In this document: piece after piece, positions 45,471 to 53,602 of the stretch
Numbering within the stretch: the stretch's first letter is position 1
Layout: every line of letters starts with the position of its first letter
Source of the DNA: Bacteroidales bacterium
GTDB lineage: Bacteria; Bacteroidota; Bacteroidia; Bacteroidales; UBA3663
DNA length: 64,000 nt
NCBI GenBank assembly: GCA_045600485.1
Contig: JAZRXX010000055.1
Location: forward strand, 7,293 to 71,292
Direction of reading: 5' to 3'
The notes under the pieces: generated by a model
What the model saw: only the letters and a program-made list of their open reading frames with translations
Databases searched by the model: none
Told to the model about the DNA's origin: nothing
Position numbers and translations under genes: made by a program

Positions 45471-45638
45471 TCAATCTTCCTTATTTGCTGCGAGGTCCTT
45501 TGCGTGGGTGCCTAATTTCTTCTGGCGAAACAGATCATTCCAGATGATGAGTCCGCAGAATGCCAGCAGCACGACGATGATGCCCAATATGAGCAGGACC
45601 GTTGCCAGATCGGAAAGTGGAAGTGTATTCTGATTCAT
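45471..45638 (-). CDS. Small unannotated ORF (55 aa) encoding a single-pass membrane peptide: MNQNTLPLSDLATVLLILGIIVVLLAFCGLIIWNDLFRQKKLGTHAKDLAANKED
   Basis: I translated it by hand. It lies 32 nt downstream of a TAnnTTTG box (45670-45677), has a hydrophobic core followed by a basic tail, and sits immediately upstream of the giant adhesin gene on the same strand. Confidence 0.45.
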   Translation of the reverse strand: MNQNTLPLSDLATVLLILGIIVVLLAFCGLIIWNDLFRQKKLGTHAKDLAANKED

Positions 45639-45669
45639 ATAGCCTTTTGTTTTTTCGATTTTGTGGGTG

Positions 45670-45677
45670 CAAAGATA
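45670..45677 (-). promoter_or_regulatory. -7 box (TATCTTTG on the minus strand) upstream of the small TM ORF and giant adhesin gene
   Basis: Plus-strand caaagata. It is the only canonical box between the AraC-type gene and the adhesin. Confidence 0.5.
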
Positions 45678-45796
45678 CAGAAAAGGAACCGTACGGGGTG
45701 TACGATTCCTATCGGTAGGTGTAAGATTCCGTCTGTTTGGGTGTAAGATTCGTGGGGAATCTTACACATAAAAGGAAAATGCCTGCCTAAAACAGT

Positions 45797-46160
45797 AAGC
45801 AAAGCTTTGGAAAGCAACTCCACCTATAGTGAAGTTCGAAAACAAAGCTTTGGAAAGCAATTCTACCTATGGTGAAGTTCGAAAACAAAGATTCGGAAAG
45901 CAATTTTCGTATGGTGAAGTTCGAAAACAAAGATTCGGAAAGCAATTTTCGTATGGTGAAGTTCGAAAACAAAGATTCGGAAAGCAATTTTCGTATGGTG
46001 AAGTTCAAAAGCAAAGCTTTGGAAAGCAATTTCCGTATGGTGAAGTTCAAAAGCAAAGCTTTGGAAAGCAATTTCCGTATGGTGAAGTTCGAAAACAAAG
46101 CTTTGGAAAGCAATTTCCGTATGGTGAAAGCCGAAAGCAAGGCTTTGGATAGTATTTTCC
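45797..46160. repeat. Tandem array of about 8.7 copies of a 42-bp unit (tatggtgaagttcgaaaacaaagattcggaaagcaattttcg)
   Basis: The period of 42 is read directly. There are two variant classes (..gaaaacaaagattcgg..ttttcg vs ..caaaagcaaagctttgg..tttccg). Each unit holds the CGAAAA/TTTTCG inverted pair, and the palindrome caaagctttg occurs in the variant units. The array is open in several frames on both strands, which produces artefactual ORFs. Confidence 0.95.
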
Positions 46161-46196
46161 CTTATCCTTTCTCTCCTTCTATTTGTGTTTCTCGAT

Positions 46197-47321
46197 CTAC
46201 TCTGACGGAGTGACGCCTGTGGCGTCCTTGAACTTGTTCTGGAGATAATTGCGTGATGAGAAGCCGCAGGCCTCGGCGATGTTCTCGTTGCTGTAATCCG
46301 GATGTTCGAGGAGCATGCGCTTCACCTCCTCGATGCGGAGGTTGGAGAGCCACACACGGAAAGTGGTGCCCAACTGTTGAGCCAGATACTGCGAGAGGAT
46401 ACGTTTGGGAATGCCGATGCACTGCGCCATGGAGGTGGAGGTCAGGTTCTGGACATTATAGCCACGATCGGCACGCCAGCGTTCGATGGCGGCATCGACC
46501 TGCTGGATCTGTTCGGGAGTAAGCGGGTCCTTGGTCAGTTCTGGAGTCGAGGCAACAGGTGTCGCGAGGACAGGTTCCTCCTCAGTCGTCTCGTCATCGA
46601 TCAGTTCCTCGTCGTCGATGACTTCGCTGATGGTCGTCACATTGGCACCCAAAGAGATGAAGCTCACAACATAGAAGATAAGCGCCAGGAAGACAAAGAT
46701 ACCCAGCAGAACGATAGCACGAGTCGAGATGATCGAGACCACGGTTAGCAGGCTGGTGCCATAGAGGACCATGGTGCCGGTACTCATGTAGAGATCATAG
46801 CCCTCGATATCGCCCGAAGTCTCGTTCTCGACCTTGCGGCGCACACGACGCAACTCGCGGTAGGTGTGGAACACGAAGAAGACGCGCGTCAGGGCATGCA
46901 GCGTCATCATCGTATAGAGCGCCCAAGGCATGTGGAGGCTCCGGTAATGCCAATAACCCGCCACAAAGACTATCATGATCAGTACCATACTGCCAATGCC
47001 GATGACCGAATACTCGCGCAGATAGCGCTTGCCACTCGCCATACGGACCGTAGAATAGACGATCAGATATGCCACGGGTGAATAGAAGAGGATGTTGACG
47101 ACTGCACCGACATCAGCCCCTTGCGCACGGAAGCCGAAGATCATCTGCAACAGATAGTGAACGGCAAAGAGGAGCATGGCGGCAAAGAGAATCCAACGGG
47201 CAGTCTCGTAGCTGCGACAGATGGTCCTGACATGTGCTCGCGACATGAGCAATATCAGAGCCAGCATCAAGGTGATGGTAAAGCAGCCTACTTGTACTAA
47301 TAATAAACCTGTATTGGACAT
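46197..47321 (-). CDS. Membrane-embedded AraC-family transcriptional regulator (about 7 TM helices plus a C-terminal HTH_AraC domain)
   Basis: The N-terminal ~230 aa are hydrophobic helices. The C-terminus reads LTSTSMAQCIGIPKRILSQYLAQQLGTTFRVWLSNLRIEEVKRMLLEHPDYSNENIAEACGFSSRNYLQNKFKDATGVTPSE, the AraC double-HTH pattern. Confidence 0.85.
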   Translation of the reverse strand: MSNTGLLLVQVGCFTITLMLALILLMSRAHVRTICRSYETARWILFAAMLLFAVHYLLQMIFGFRAQGADVGAVVNILFYSPVAYLIVYSTVRMASGKRYLREYSVIGIGSMVLIMIVFVAGYWHYRSLHMPWALYTMMTLHALTRVFFVFHTYRELRRVRRKVENETSGDIEGYDLYMSTGTMVLYGTSLLTVVSIISTRAIVLLGIFVFLALIFYVVSFISLGANVTTISEVIDDEELIDDETTEEEPVLATPVASTPELTKDPLTPEQIQQVDAAIERWRADRGYNVQNLTSTSMAQCIGIPKRILSQYLAQQLGTTFRVWLSNLRIEEVKRMLLEHPDYSNENIAEACGFSSRNYLQNKFKDATGVTPSE

Positions 47322-47333
47322 ATTGTGGGGGAA

Positions 47334-48674
47334 TTATCTTCGTCCGGCACACAGCATGATAATTGTAGTGATGCCTTCGGCCAATGGTAAGGCAAGCCAC
47401 AATCCCGGAGTGTCCAGATATATGGGTAGGAATATAAAGCAGGGGATCGAGAAAATAAAGCCGCGAAGCAAGGTGTACACCATGGCCGATGTGGCTCGTT
47501 CGGTGCTCTGCAGAATGCCGATCAGGACAATGTTGATGGCAACGAAAAGACAGGCCACCGAGAAAAAGGGGAGACCTTCGCAACAAAGTTGGTAGGCATG
47601 GCAGTCAATGGGCAGGAAAGTGGCAGAGATCCATCTGGCACCCAACCACAGCAACAGCAAACTGACCACACCCGATGTGCCGGCTGTGCGTAGTGCTATG
47701 CGACGAGCTTCGCGCAGTCGTGTCGCATTGCCGGCACCATGTGCATAACTGATGATCGGCTGAACACTCTGCACGATGGCATTTCCCATCATGAAAACAA
47801 TCGGCAGACAATAGCAACCGACCGAATAGGCAGCGACACCATCTTCGCCCAAATAACGGATAAAGACATAATTGCCCAGGATGACTACGGCAGAGATGGC
47901 AATCTCGCCCAAGAAGGCCGAGATTCCGATGCGTGCCTGGTAGGTGAGGTTGCGGAGCGAAAGCTTGAGGCTTGTCATCGACGCCTTGAGCCAATAGAGA
48001 TGAACCTGTCGGGAACGCTTGAGCAGGTAATAGAGTACCGGAACATTGCCGATGCTGAAACTGAAGGCTGTAGCGATACCGGCACCCTCAAGTCCCATCT
48101 GGCAAGGGAAGATCAGGATATAATCGAGCAGAATGTTCAGGAGAGCCATGCTGCAATTGATGATCATGGCGAATTTGGGTGCTCCATCCAGTCGGACCAT
48201 GAACATGGCTGTCATGCCGAACAGGTTGAAGGGCGTCATCAGCGAGATCCACTTCATGTAGGAGCAAGCCAATGGAATCAGGGCGTCCGAACACCCGAAC
48301 AGACGACAAACGGCTGGCTGGTTAAAGTATATGATTGCTCCCATGACGAAGCCACTGATCACACTGGCCATGATGCCTTGTGTCAGGTTGATGTTGGCCG
48401 CCTTCTGGTTCTCTTTGGCCAAGTGGATGCTGGCCACCACACTGCTGCCAATACCGAACAGAAGACCGATGCCACCCATCAGCATAAAGAGGGGGGCTAC
48501 GATGTTGACCGCAGCCAAGGCATCGCTGCCAGCGCCATGTCCGACGAAGGCTCCATCGGAAATGTTCAGGATAACCATCGATACCATGCTGACCAATGTG
48601 GGCAGGAACATCTTGCGGAAAAGTTGCCCAATCGGTTCGTTGGCAAAGTCTATCGAATCTCTATTGTCGTACAT
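47334..48674 (-). CDS. MATE-family efflux transporter
   Basis: It is 446 aa with about 12 TM helices and an N-terminus (IGQLFRKMFLPTLVSMVSMVILNISDGAFVGHG) typical of MATE/NorM-like proteins. Confidence 0.88.
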   Translation of the reverse strand: MYDNRDSIDFANEPIGQLFRKMFLPTLVSMVSMVILNISDGAFVGHGAGSDALAAVNIVAPLFMLMGGIGLLFGIGSSVVASIHLAKENQKAANINLTQGIMASVISGFVMGAIIYFNQPAVCRLFGCSDALIPLACSYMKWISLMTPFNLFGMTAMFMVRLDGAPKFAMIINCSMALLNILLDYILIFPCQMGLEGAGIATAFSFSIGNVPVLYYLLKRSRQVHLYWLKASMTSLKLSLRNLTYQARIGISAFLGEIAISAVVILGNYVFIRYLGEDGVAAYSVGCYCLPIVFMMGNAIVQSVQPIISYAHGAGNATRLREARRIALRTAGTSGVVSLLLLWLGARWISATFLPIDCHAYQLCCEGLPFFSVACLFVAINIVLIGILQSTERATSAMVYTLLRGFIFSIPCFIFLPIYLDTPGLWLALPLAEGITTIIMLCAGRR

Positions 48675-48694
48675 AATCAGCTTATTAAATGATT

Positions 48695-48875
48695 TTAAAG
48701 GGAATAAAAAGGGATTTTAAAGGGATTTTAAAGGGAGTAAAAGGGGAGTAAAAGGGGAGTAAAAAGGACGTTTGATTCAGTTGTTACAACCTTTCACCTC
48801 CTAATCTCTCACCTCTAATCTCTAATCTCTCATCTCTAAGCTTTCACCTCTCACCTCTAAGCTTTCCCAAATCAC
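48695..48875. repeat. Low-complexity word repeats (gggattttaaag / gggagtaaaag units, then tctctaa / cacctc units), including a partial left half of the 49008 element
   Basis: The sequence is ...aagggattttaaagggattttaaagggagtaaaaggggagtaaaaggggagtaaaaaggacgtttgattc... followed by ...cacctcctaatctctcacctctaatctctaatctctcatctctaagc... Confidence 0.85.
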
Positions 48876-48929
48876 ATTTTTTTGACAAATTATGATGCCT
48901 ACTGTTGCAGGTTCGCATCAAAAACGGTG

Positions 48930-48937
48930 CAAAGATA
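48930..48937 (-). promoter_or_regulatory. -7 box (TATCTTTG on the minus strand) upstream of the MATE/AraC-type genes
   Basis: Plus-strand caaagata, preceded on the minus strand by TTTTTGATGCGAAC, the same context as the relA promoter. It is about 256 nt from the MATE ATG. Confidence 0.4.
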
Positions 48938-48980
48938 ATCATTATTTTCGAATTTTATTGTCATTTTATTATTTTTTTAT

Positions 48981-48988
48981 TATATTTG
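48981..48988 (+). promoter_or_regulatory. -7 box (TATATTTG) upstream of the GH28 gene
   Basis: It matches TAnnTTTG. The transcript would run through the 205-bp element before GH28. Confidence 0.4.
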
Positions 48989-49007
48989 CGCCGCATTTTT
49001 ATATTCA

Positions 49008-49212
49008 AGTTTCGCAAGTTCAACTTGAAAGTAGTAAAAAGGCTTTTAAGAGGAGTAAAAGTGGAGTAAAAATGACGTTTGAACCATACATTAAAACGTT
49101 TTTATCCCAGAAAAGACGCGACAATCATTTGTGTTGTCCCTTTTACTACTTTTTAACTACCTTTTTACTCCCTTTAACTACAAAGAGTAAGCAAGTAACT
49201 ACTTGCGAAACT
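49008..49212 (+). repeat. 205-bp MITE-like element with 12-bp terminal inverted repeats and long internal 'gtaaaag / cttttac' inverted symmetry, copy 1
   Basis: The terminal inverted repeats are agtttcgcaagt (49008-49019) and acttgcgaaact (49201-49212). The left half is ..gtagtaaaaaggcttttaagaggagtaaaagtggagtaaaaatgacgtttgaac and the right half is cccttttactactttttaactacctttttactccc. A homologous copy lies at 53292. Confidence 0.75.
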
Positions 49213-49238
49213 CGAGTTTAATTTTATATATTGAAACA

Positions 49239-50723
49239 ATGAAGAAATTGTTCGCTTGGATATCTCTGTTTATCCTCTCTCTCTCATTTGTCGAAGCAAA
49301 GCCAAAGAAAGCCTCTGTAGCTGCCACGCCGTGGGAGCGCGCAGACTCTATCGTCAATGCCATCCAGAAAACCAATTTCCCCGATCGTGTGTATTGTATT
49401 ACCGACTATGGTGCACGTGCCTATCGTCCGGATGCTCCTATCGATCTGGCTCATGATGCCATCAATCTGGCAATCACAATCTGTAGCCAGGAGGGTGGTG
49501 GAACTGTGCTTGTTCCGGACTCTATCTATCTGACAGGTCCGATCACCTTGATGAGCAATGTCAATCTGCACTTGGAGGATGGCGCCATCCTGCGTTTCTC
49601 GACCAATCCGGAGTTATACTATCCCGCTGTCCGTACCTTTTGGGAGGGCATCGAGTGTTTCAATACCCATCCGCTCATCTATGCTTATGGCGCTACCAAC
49701 ATTGCCGTAACGGGCAAAGGTGTGCTCGATGCTCAAGGTAGCAACGACACCTGGTGGAGTTGGTGTGGTGCCAGCCGTTTCGGTTGGTTGCCGGGCATGA
49801 TCAGTCAGAGCGGCCGTCATGGCGACAAGACCCGAGGACCTCGTGCCCAGCTCCTGCAATGGGGCGAGAAACAGGTTCCGGTGCACGAACGAATCTTTAC
49901 GATGGAGGATGGTATGCGTCCGCAGTTCCTCAACGTGTTCCGCTGCAATTCGGTATTGATCGAAGATGTCACCTTTCTGGATTCTCCCTTCTGGAGTCTG
50001 CATCCATTGTTCTGCAACGATGTCATTGTGCGTGGTGTGACGGTCAATAACCAAGGTCCTAATGGCGATGGCTGTGATCCGGAATGCTGTAACCGTGTAT
50101 TGATCGAGAACTGTGTCTTCCATACTGGCGATGACTGCATTGCCATCAAGTCGGGCCGAAACATGGATGGTCGCAAGTGGAAGACACCCAGCCAGAATAT
50201 CGTGATCCGCAAGTGCAAGATGGAGGATGGACATGGCGGTGTCGTGATCGGTTCCGAGATTTCGGGTGGCTACCGCAACCTCTATGTCGAGGACTGCGAG
50301 ATGGACTCTCCACATCTGGACCGTGTGATCAGAATCAAGACCAACAACTGCCGTTCGGGCATTATCGAGAATGTCTATGTACGCAACATCAAGGTCGGCG
50401 TCTGCAAGGAGACGGTGCTTCGCATCAATCTGAACTACGAACCGGGAGAACAATGTGTGCGTGGCAACAATCCGATTGTGCGCAACATCAATCTCGAAAA
50501 CATCACTTGCCAGAAGTCGCAGTTCGGCGTTATCTTCAATGGTCTGGAGGATGCCTGCAACATCCGAAACATAAGTCTGAAGAACTGTACATTCAATGGC
50601 GTGAATCCGTCGAAGCGTTATGGCGGAACGGTGGTTGGTGTGACGGGTAAGTTCCAGAACATAAAATTCGAAAACGTCATAATCAATGGTAAAGCTGTTG
50701 AAGCTCCAGCCGATCAATTGTAA
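49239..50723 (+). CDS. Glycoside hydrolase family 28 (polygalacturonase / exo-galacturonosidase-like)
   Basis: It has the signal peptide MKKLFAWISLFILSLSFVEA and the GH28 blocks NGDGCDPE, GDDCIAIKSG, GHGGVVIGSE and RIKTN. The ORF-track start at 49203 lies inside the repeat element. Confidence 0.9.
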   Translation: MKKLFAWISLFILSLSFVEAKPKKASVAATPWERADSIVNAIQKTNFPDRVYCITDYGARAYRPDAPIDLAHDAINLAITICSQEGGGTVLVPDSIYLTGPITLMSNVNLHLEDGAILRFSTNPELYYPAVRTFWEGIECFNTHPLIYAYGATNIAVTGKGVLDAQGSNDTWWSWCGASRFGWLPGMISQSGRHGDKTRGPRAQLLQWGEKQVPVHERIFTMEDGMRPQFLNVFRCNSVLIEDVTFLDSPFWSLHPLFCNDVIVRGVTVNNQGPNGDGCDPECCNRVLIENCVFHTGDDCIAIKSGRNMDGRKWKTPSQNIVIRKCKMEDGHGGVVIGSEISGGYRNLYVEDCEMDSPHLDRVIRIKTNNCRSGIIENVYVRNIKVGVCKETVLRINLNYEPGEQCVRGNNPIVRNINLENITCQKSQFGVIFNGLEDACNIRNISLKNCTFNGVNPSKRYGGTVVGVTGKFQNIKFENVIINGKAVEAPADQL

Positions 50724-50736
50724 CAATTCAACATAA

Positions 50737-53292
50737 ATGAGAACATTTCTATTAGGTTTTAACTTATTCATCTTGGCCTGCTCTTCGGTTATGGCAGGCG
50801 TTATCAAAGGAAAAGTCGTTGATGACTTGAAGGAGCCACTGGAGTTTGTCAATGTGGCACTTTATCAGCAGGGTTCTGCTACACCGTTCAAGGGTACAAT
50901 CTCGGATGAAACCGGTCGCTACGAGATCGAAGATGTAAAGGATGGTACTTATGTTGTCAAACTCACCTTCATGGGCTACGAGGAGCAGCAGCGTACCGTC
51001 ACCCTGAATGCATCGAACGGTCATGTCGTCAACATGCACACCATTACCCTCAAGGAGGATCGTGCTGTGTTGCAGGAGGTAAGTGTTGCCACTCAGAAGG
51101 CAGCCATGAAACTGGACATCGACAAAAAGGTGTTCGACGTATCGCAGAACATTGCAACTGCTGGTCTGAGCGCCTCGGAGGCTTTGGAGAACATCCCATC
51201 GGTCGAGGTCGATCAGGAGGGAAACATCTCGCTGCGTGGTTCGGAGAGTGTGACAGTCTGGATCAACGGCAAGGCGCAGGGCATGACTTCGGACAACCGT
51301 GGTGATATTCTGCAGCAGCTCCCTGCCGAGAGCATCGAACGTATCGAGGTTATTACCAACCCATCGTCGAAGTATAGTCCTGAGGGTTCGGCAGGTATCA
51401 TCAACATCATCCTGAAACGTGACCGCAAGGCTGGCTACTATGGTGGCGTACAGCTCAATGCAGGCAAGCAGGAAGGTGAAGACTGGGGTGGCCGTTTCGG
51501 TGCCAACATCAACTATTCGAGCGGTATTTTGGAGGCATACGCCAATGTGGGTGTCGGTCGTCGTGTGCATGGCAACGGTAACTGGACCGATCGCGAATAT
51601 ATTGATGAGGAGTCGGGCAATGTGTATGGTTTCATGAACAGCCGTACGCGAGGTCATTCGAAGGGCTTGAACATGTTTGGTCGTACAGGTCTGACCTGGC
51701 ACATCACCGAGAAGGATGAGATCTCGGCTGGCTTCATGGGTATGTTCGGCTTGCAGCAGGGCAAACGCAAGAACTTTGTGAACGAGACAAGTGGTGTGTA
51801 TGAGGACTATGTGGATTGGGCTAAACTCAATGGCTTTTTCTTCGATGACTTCACCCGTAGCCGTAACAGCTACACCAACGATAAGCCACAGATGGTGAAT
51901 GTGAATGCCGGCTACAAGCATGAGTGGAAGAGCGAACACTACCTCGATATTCAGGCAAGTTACGGTACATGGAACGGTGAGAATGAAACCGGTTATGACC
52001 AGACCCGTACGACACAAGGTGTGGATCAGGTAGCCTACCAGCGTCAGGAGGTAACCTTTGGCAATGAACATTATGAACTCCAGATCGACTACACCCAGCC
52101 TTTGGGTGGATCGGCCAAGATGGAGGCAGGTTATAAAGGTAACCGTTCGCACGAAAACAGTCCGACTCAGACCTGGAAGCGTTTTGATTCTTCGGCCGAC
52201 TGGGCAAACGATGAGGGGCTCTTCAATCGTTTCATCTACGATAGTTACCAGCATGCAGCCTATATGAACTATCAGAATCGTATCGGCAAGAAGTTCGGTT
52301 ATCAGTTGGGCTTGCGCGGTGAGTATTGGCGCACAGAGTCTGAGTCTTATACCTATGCCCAGGAGCAAGGCACATCGCCTAAGGACCCCGTTTATAAAAA
52401 GGATTTCTTCAAGGTCTTCCCAACGGTCTTCCTGAGCTATCAGTTGCCCAAGAACCAGGAGTTGCAGCTGAACTATACCCGTCGTCTGCAACGTCCGTGG
52501 GGCGGTCAGCTGAATTCGTTCAAGAACATCAATGACTCTACCTCCATTTCGTTCGGTAATCCAGAGTTGACTCCTGCCTACACCAACAGCTTCGAACTCA
52601 ACTACCTCAAGAACTGGGAGGATCACACCTTGTCGCTTTCGGCCTATTACCGTCCGACAACCGATGTGATGCAGCGAGTGTCGTATATGGAGAACAATAT
52701 CCGATATCAGACAAGCGAGAATGTTTCGCAGGAACTCTCGTCTGGTCTCGAAGCGATTCTCAAAAACAAGTTCTTCAAGGTCATCGACCTCACGACTACC
52801 GTTAACCTCTATTATTATGAACTGGAGGGTGGTCACTTCCATATCAGTGGTCATGATGTGAACGTTGAGGGTTCGGACGACTTCTCGTGGAATGCCTCGA
52901 TGATGGCTCAGGTGATGTTGCCTTGGCAGTTGTCGTTCCAGGCTACGGGCCGTTATCATGCTGGTCATGTCATTACCCAAGGTAAGCGCGATCCTGCCGG
53001 TAGCTTGGATGCCGGTTTCCGTCGCTCGTTCTTCGACAAGAAACTGTCGGTCAGCCTTAACGGTCGTGACCTGTTGAATTCCCGTCGCTTCCATGCTACA
53101 ACCTGGGCTCCTGGCTATCGTCAGGAGAGCGAAGGTTGGCGCGGTGGTCGTCGCTTTATGATCCAGATATCGTACTCGTTCGGTAACATGGGCAAGGGCA
53201 AGAAGTCTGGCAAACCTGGTGAACGTGGTGGCGACGATGAAGATGGCGGCATGCAGGGCGGCGGCATGGAAGGCGGCGGCTTTGATATGTAA
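50737..53292 (+). CDS. TonB-dependent-receptor-like outer-membrane beta-barrel protein (CarboxypepD_reg plus plug plus barrel) with a Gly-rich tail
   Basis: It has GVIKGKVVDD..PLEFVNVAL.....TGRYEIEDVKDGTYVVKLTFMGY and the plug segment SEALENIPSVEVDQEGNISLRGSESVTVWINGK. It also has a long barrel and the tail GKGKKSGKPGERGGDDEDGGMQGGGMEGGGFDM. Confidence 0.88.
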   Translation: MRTFLLGFNLFILACSSVMAGVIKGKVVDDLKEPLEFVNVALYQQGSATPFKGTISDETGRYEIEDVKDGTYVVKLTFMGYEEQQRTVTLNASNGHVVNMHTITLKEDRAVLQEVSVATQKAAMKLDIDKKVFDVSQNIATAGLSASEALENIPSVEVDQEGNISLRGSESVTVWINGKAQGMTSDNRGDILQQLPAESIERIEVITNPSSKYSPEGSAGIINIILKRDRKAGYYGGVQLNAGKQEGEDWGGRFGANINYSSGILEAYANVGVGRRVHGNGNWTDREYIDEESGNVYGFMNSRTRGHSKGLNMFGRTGLTWHITEKDEISAGFMGMFGLQQGKRKNFVNETSGVYEDYVDWAKLNGFFFDDFTRSRNSYTNDKPQMVNVNAGYKHEWKSEHYLDIQASYGTWNGENETGYDQTRTTQGVDQVAYQRQEVTFGNEHYELQIDYTQPLGGSAKMEAGYKGNRSHENSPTQTWKRFDSSADWANDEGLFNRFIYDSYQHAAYMNYQNRIGKKFGYQLGLRGEYWRTESESYTYAQEQGTSPKDPVYKKDFFKVFPTVFLSYQLPKNQELQLNYTRRLQRPWGGQLNSFKNINDSTSISFGNPELTPAYTNSFELNYLKNWEDHTLSLSAYYRPTTDVMQRVSYMENNIRYQTSENVSQELSSGLEAILKNKFFKVIDLTTTVNLYYYELEGGHFHISGHDVNVEGSDDFSWNASMMAQVMLPWQLSFQATGRYHAGHVITQGKRDPAGSLDAGFRRSFFDKKLSVSLNGRDLLNSRRFHATTWAPGYRQESEGWRGGRRFMIQISYSFGNMGKGKKSGKPGERGGDDEDGGMQGGGMEGGGFDM

Positions 53293-53490
53293 TTCAAGTT
53301 TCACAAGTTCAACTTAAGGGAAGTAAAAGGGATTTTAAGGGGAGTAAAAATGACGTTTGAACTAGATGCTAAAATTTCTTTTCATTCCCCAAAAACACGG
53401 CAGCTATTTGTATCGTCTCTTTTACTACCCTTTTACTACTTTTTTACTACCCTTTTACTACTTTTAACTACCGAGAGTATGTAATTTTTC
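53292..53490 (+). repeat. MITE-like element, copy 2, in the same orientation as 49008..49212
   Basis: It has attcaagtttcacaagttcaactt..., gagtaaaaatgacgtttgaac and ...cttttactacccttttactacttttttactacccttttactacttttaactac. No right terminal inverted repeat was recognised. Confidence 0.7.
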
Positions 53491-53550
53491 TGAGAGATAA
53501 TAATTTGGTTAAATTGCTACGGTCATAACAATGCCCACTCTTTCAAAATG

Positions 53551-53590
53551 CGCCCCTCCCTCGACACGGGAGGGGATAGGGGGTGGGTCC
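53551..53590. repeat. GC-rich hairpin element, copy 3
   Basis: The sequence is cgcccctccctcgacacgggaggggatagggggtgggtcc, 12 nt upstream of the ffh ATG. Confidence 0.7.
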
Positions 53591-53602
53591 AAAATTTAAC
53601 TT

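Noticed and set aside
45787-46213. Three overlapping ORFs of 107-117 aa with repetitive peptides (FTIRKLLSKALL..., YGEVRKQRFGKQFS..., RMVKFENKDSESNF...)
   Set aside because: They are produced by a 42-bp (14-codon) tandem repeat that is open in several frames on both strands at once. There is no start context or signal, and the composition is simply the repeat read in phase.
48892-49221. A 109-aa ORF upstream of GH28
   Set aside because: It spans the divergent promoter region and the MITE-like element. Its sequence (FYYFFIIF..., PFYYFLTTFLLPLTT) is the repeat read in frame, with no supporting signals.
50764-53304. An 846-aa ORF antisense to the TonB-type barrel gene
   Set aside because: The sense strand carries clear CarboxypepD_reg, plug and barrel motifs and a signal peptide. 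The antisense translation is low-complexity (rich in T, H, R, V, L) with no recognisable domain. It is a mirror ORF caused by codon bias.
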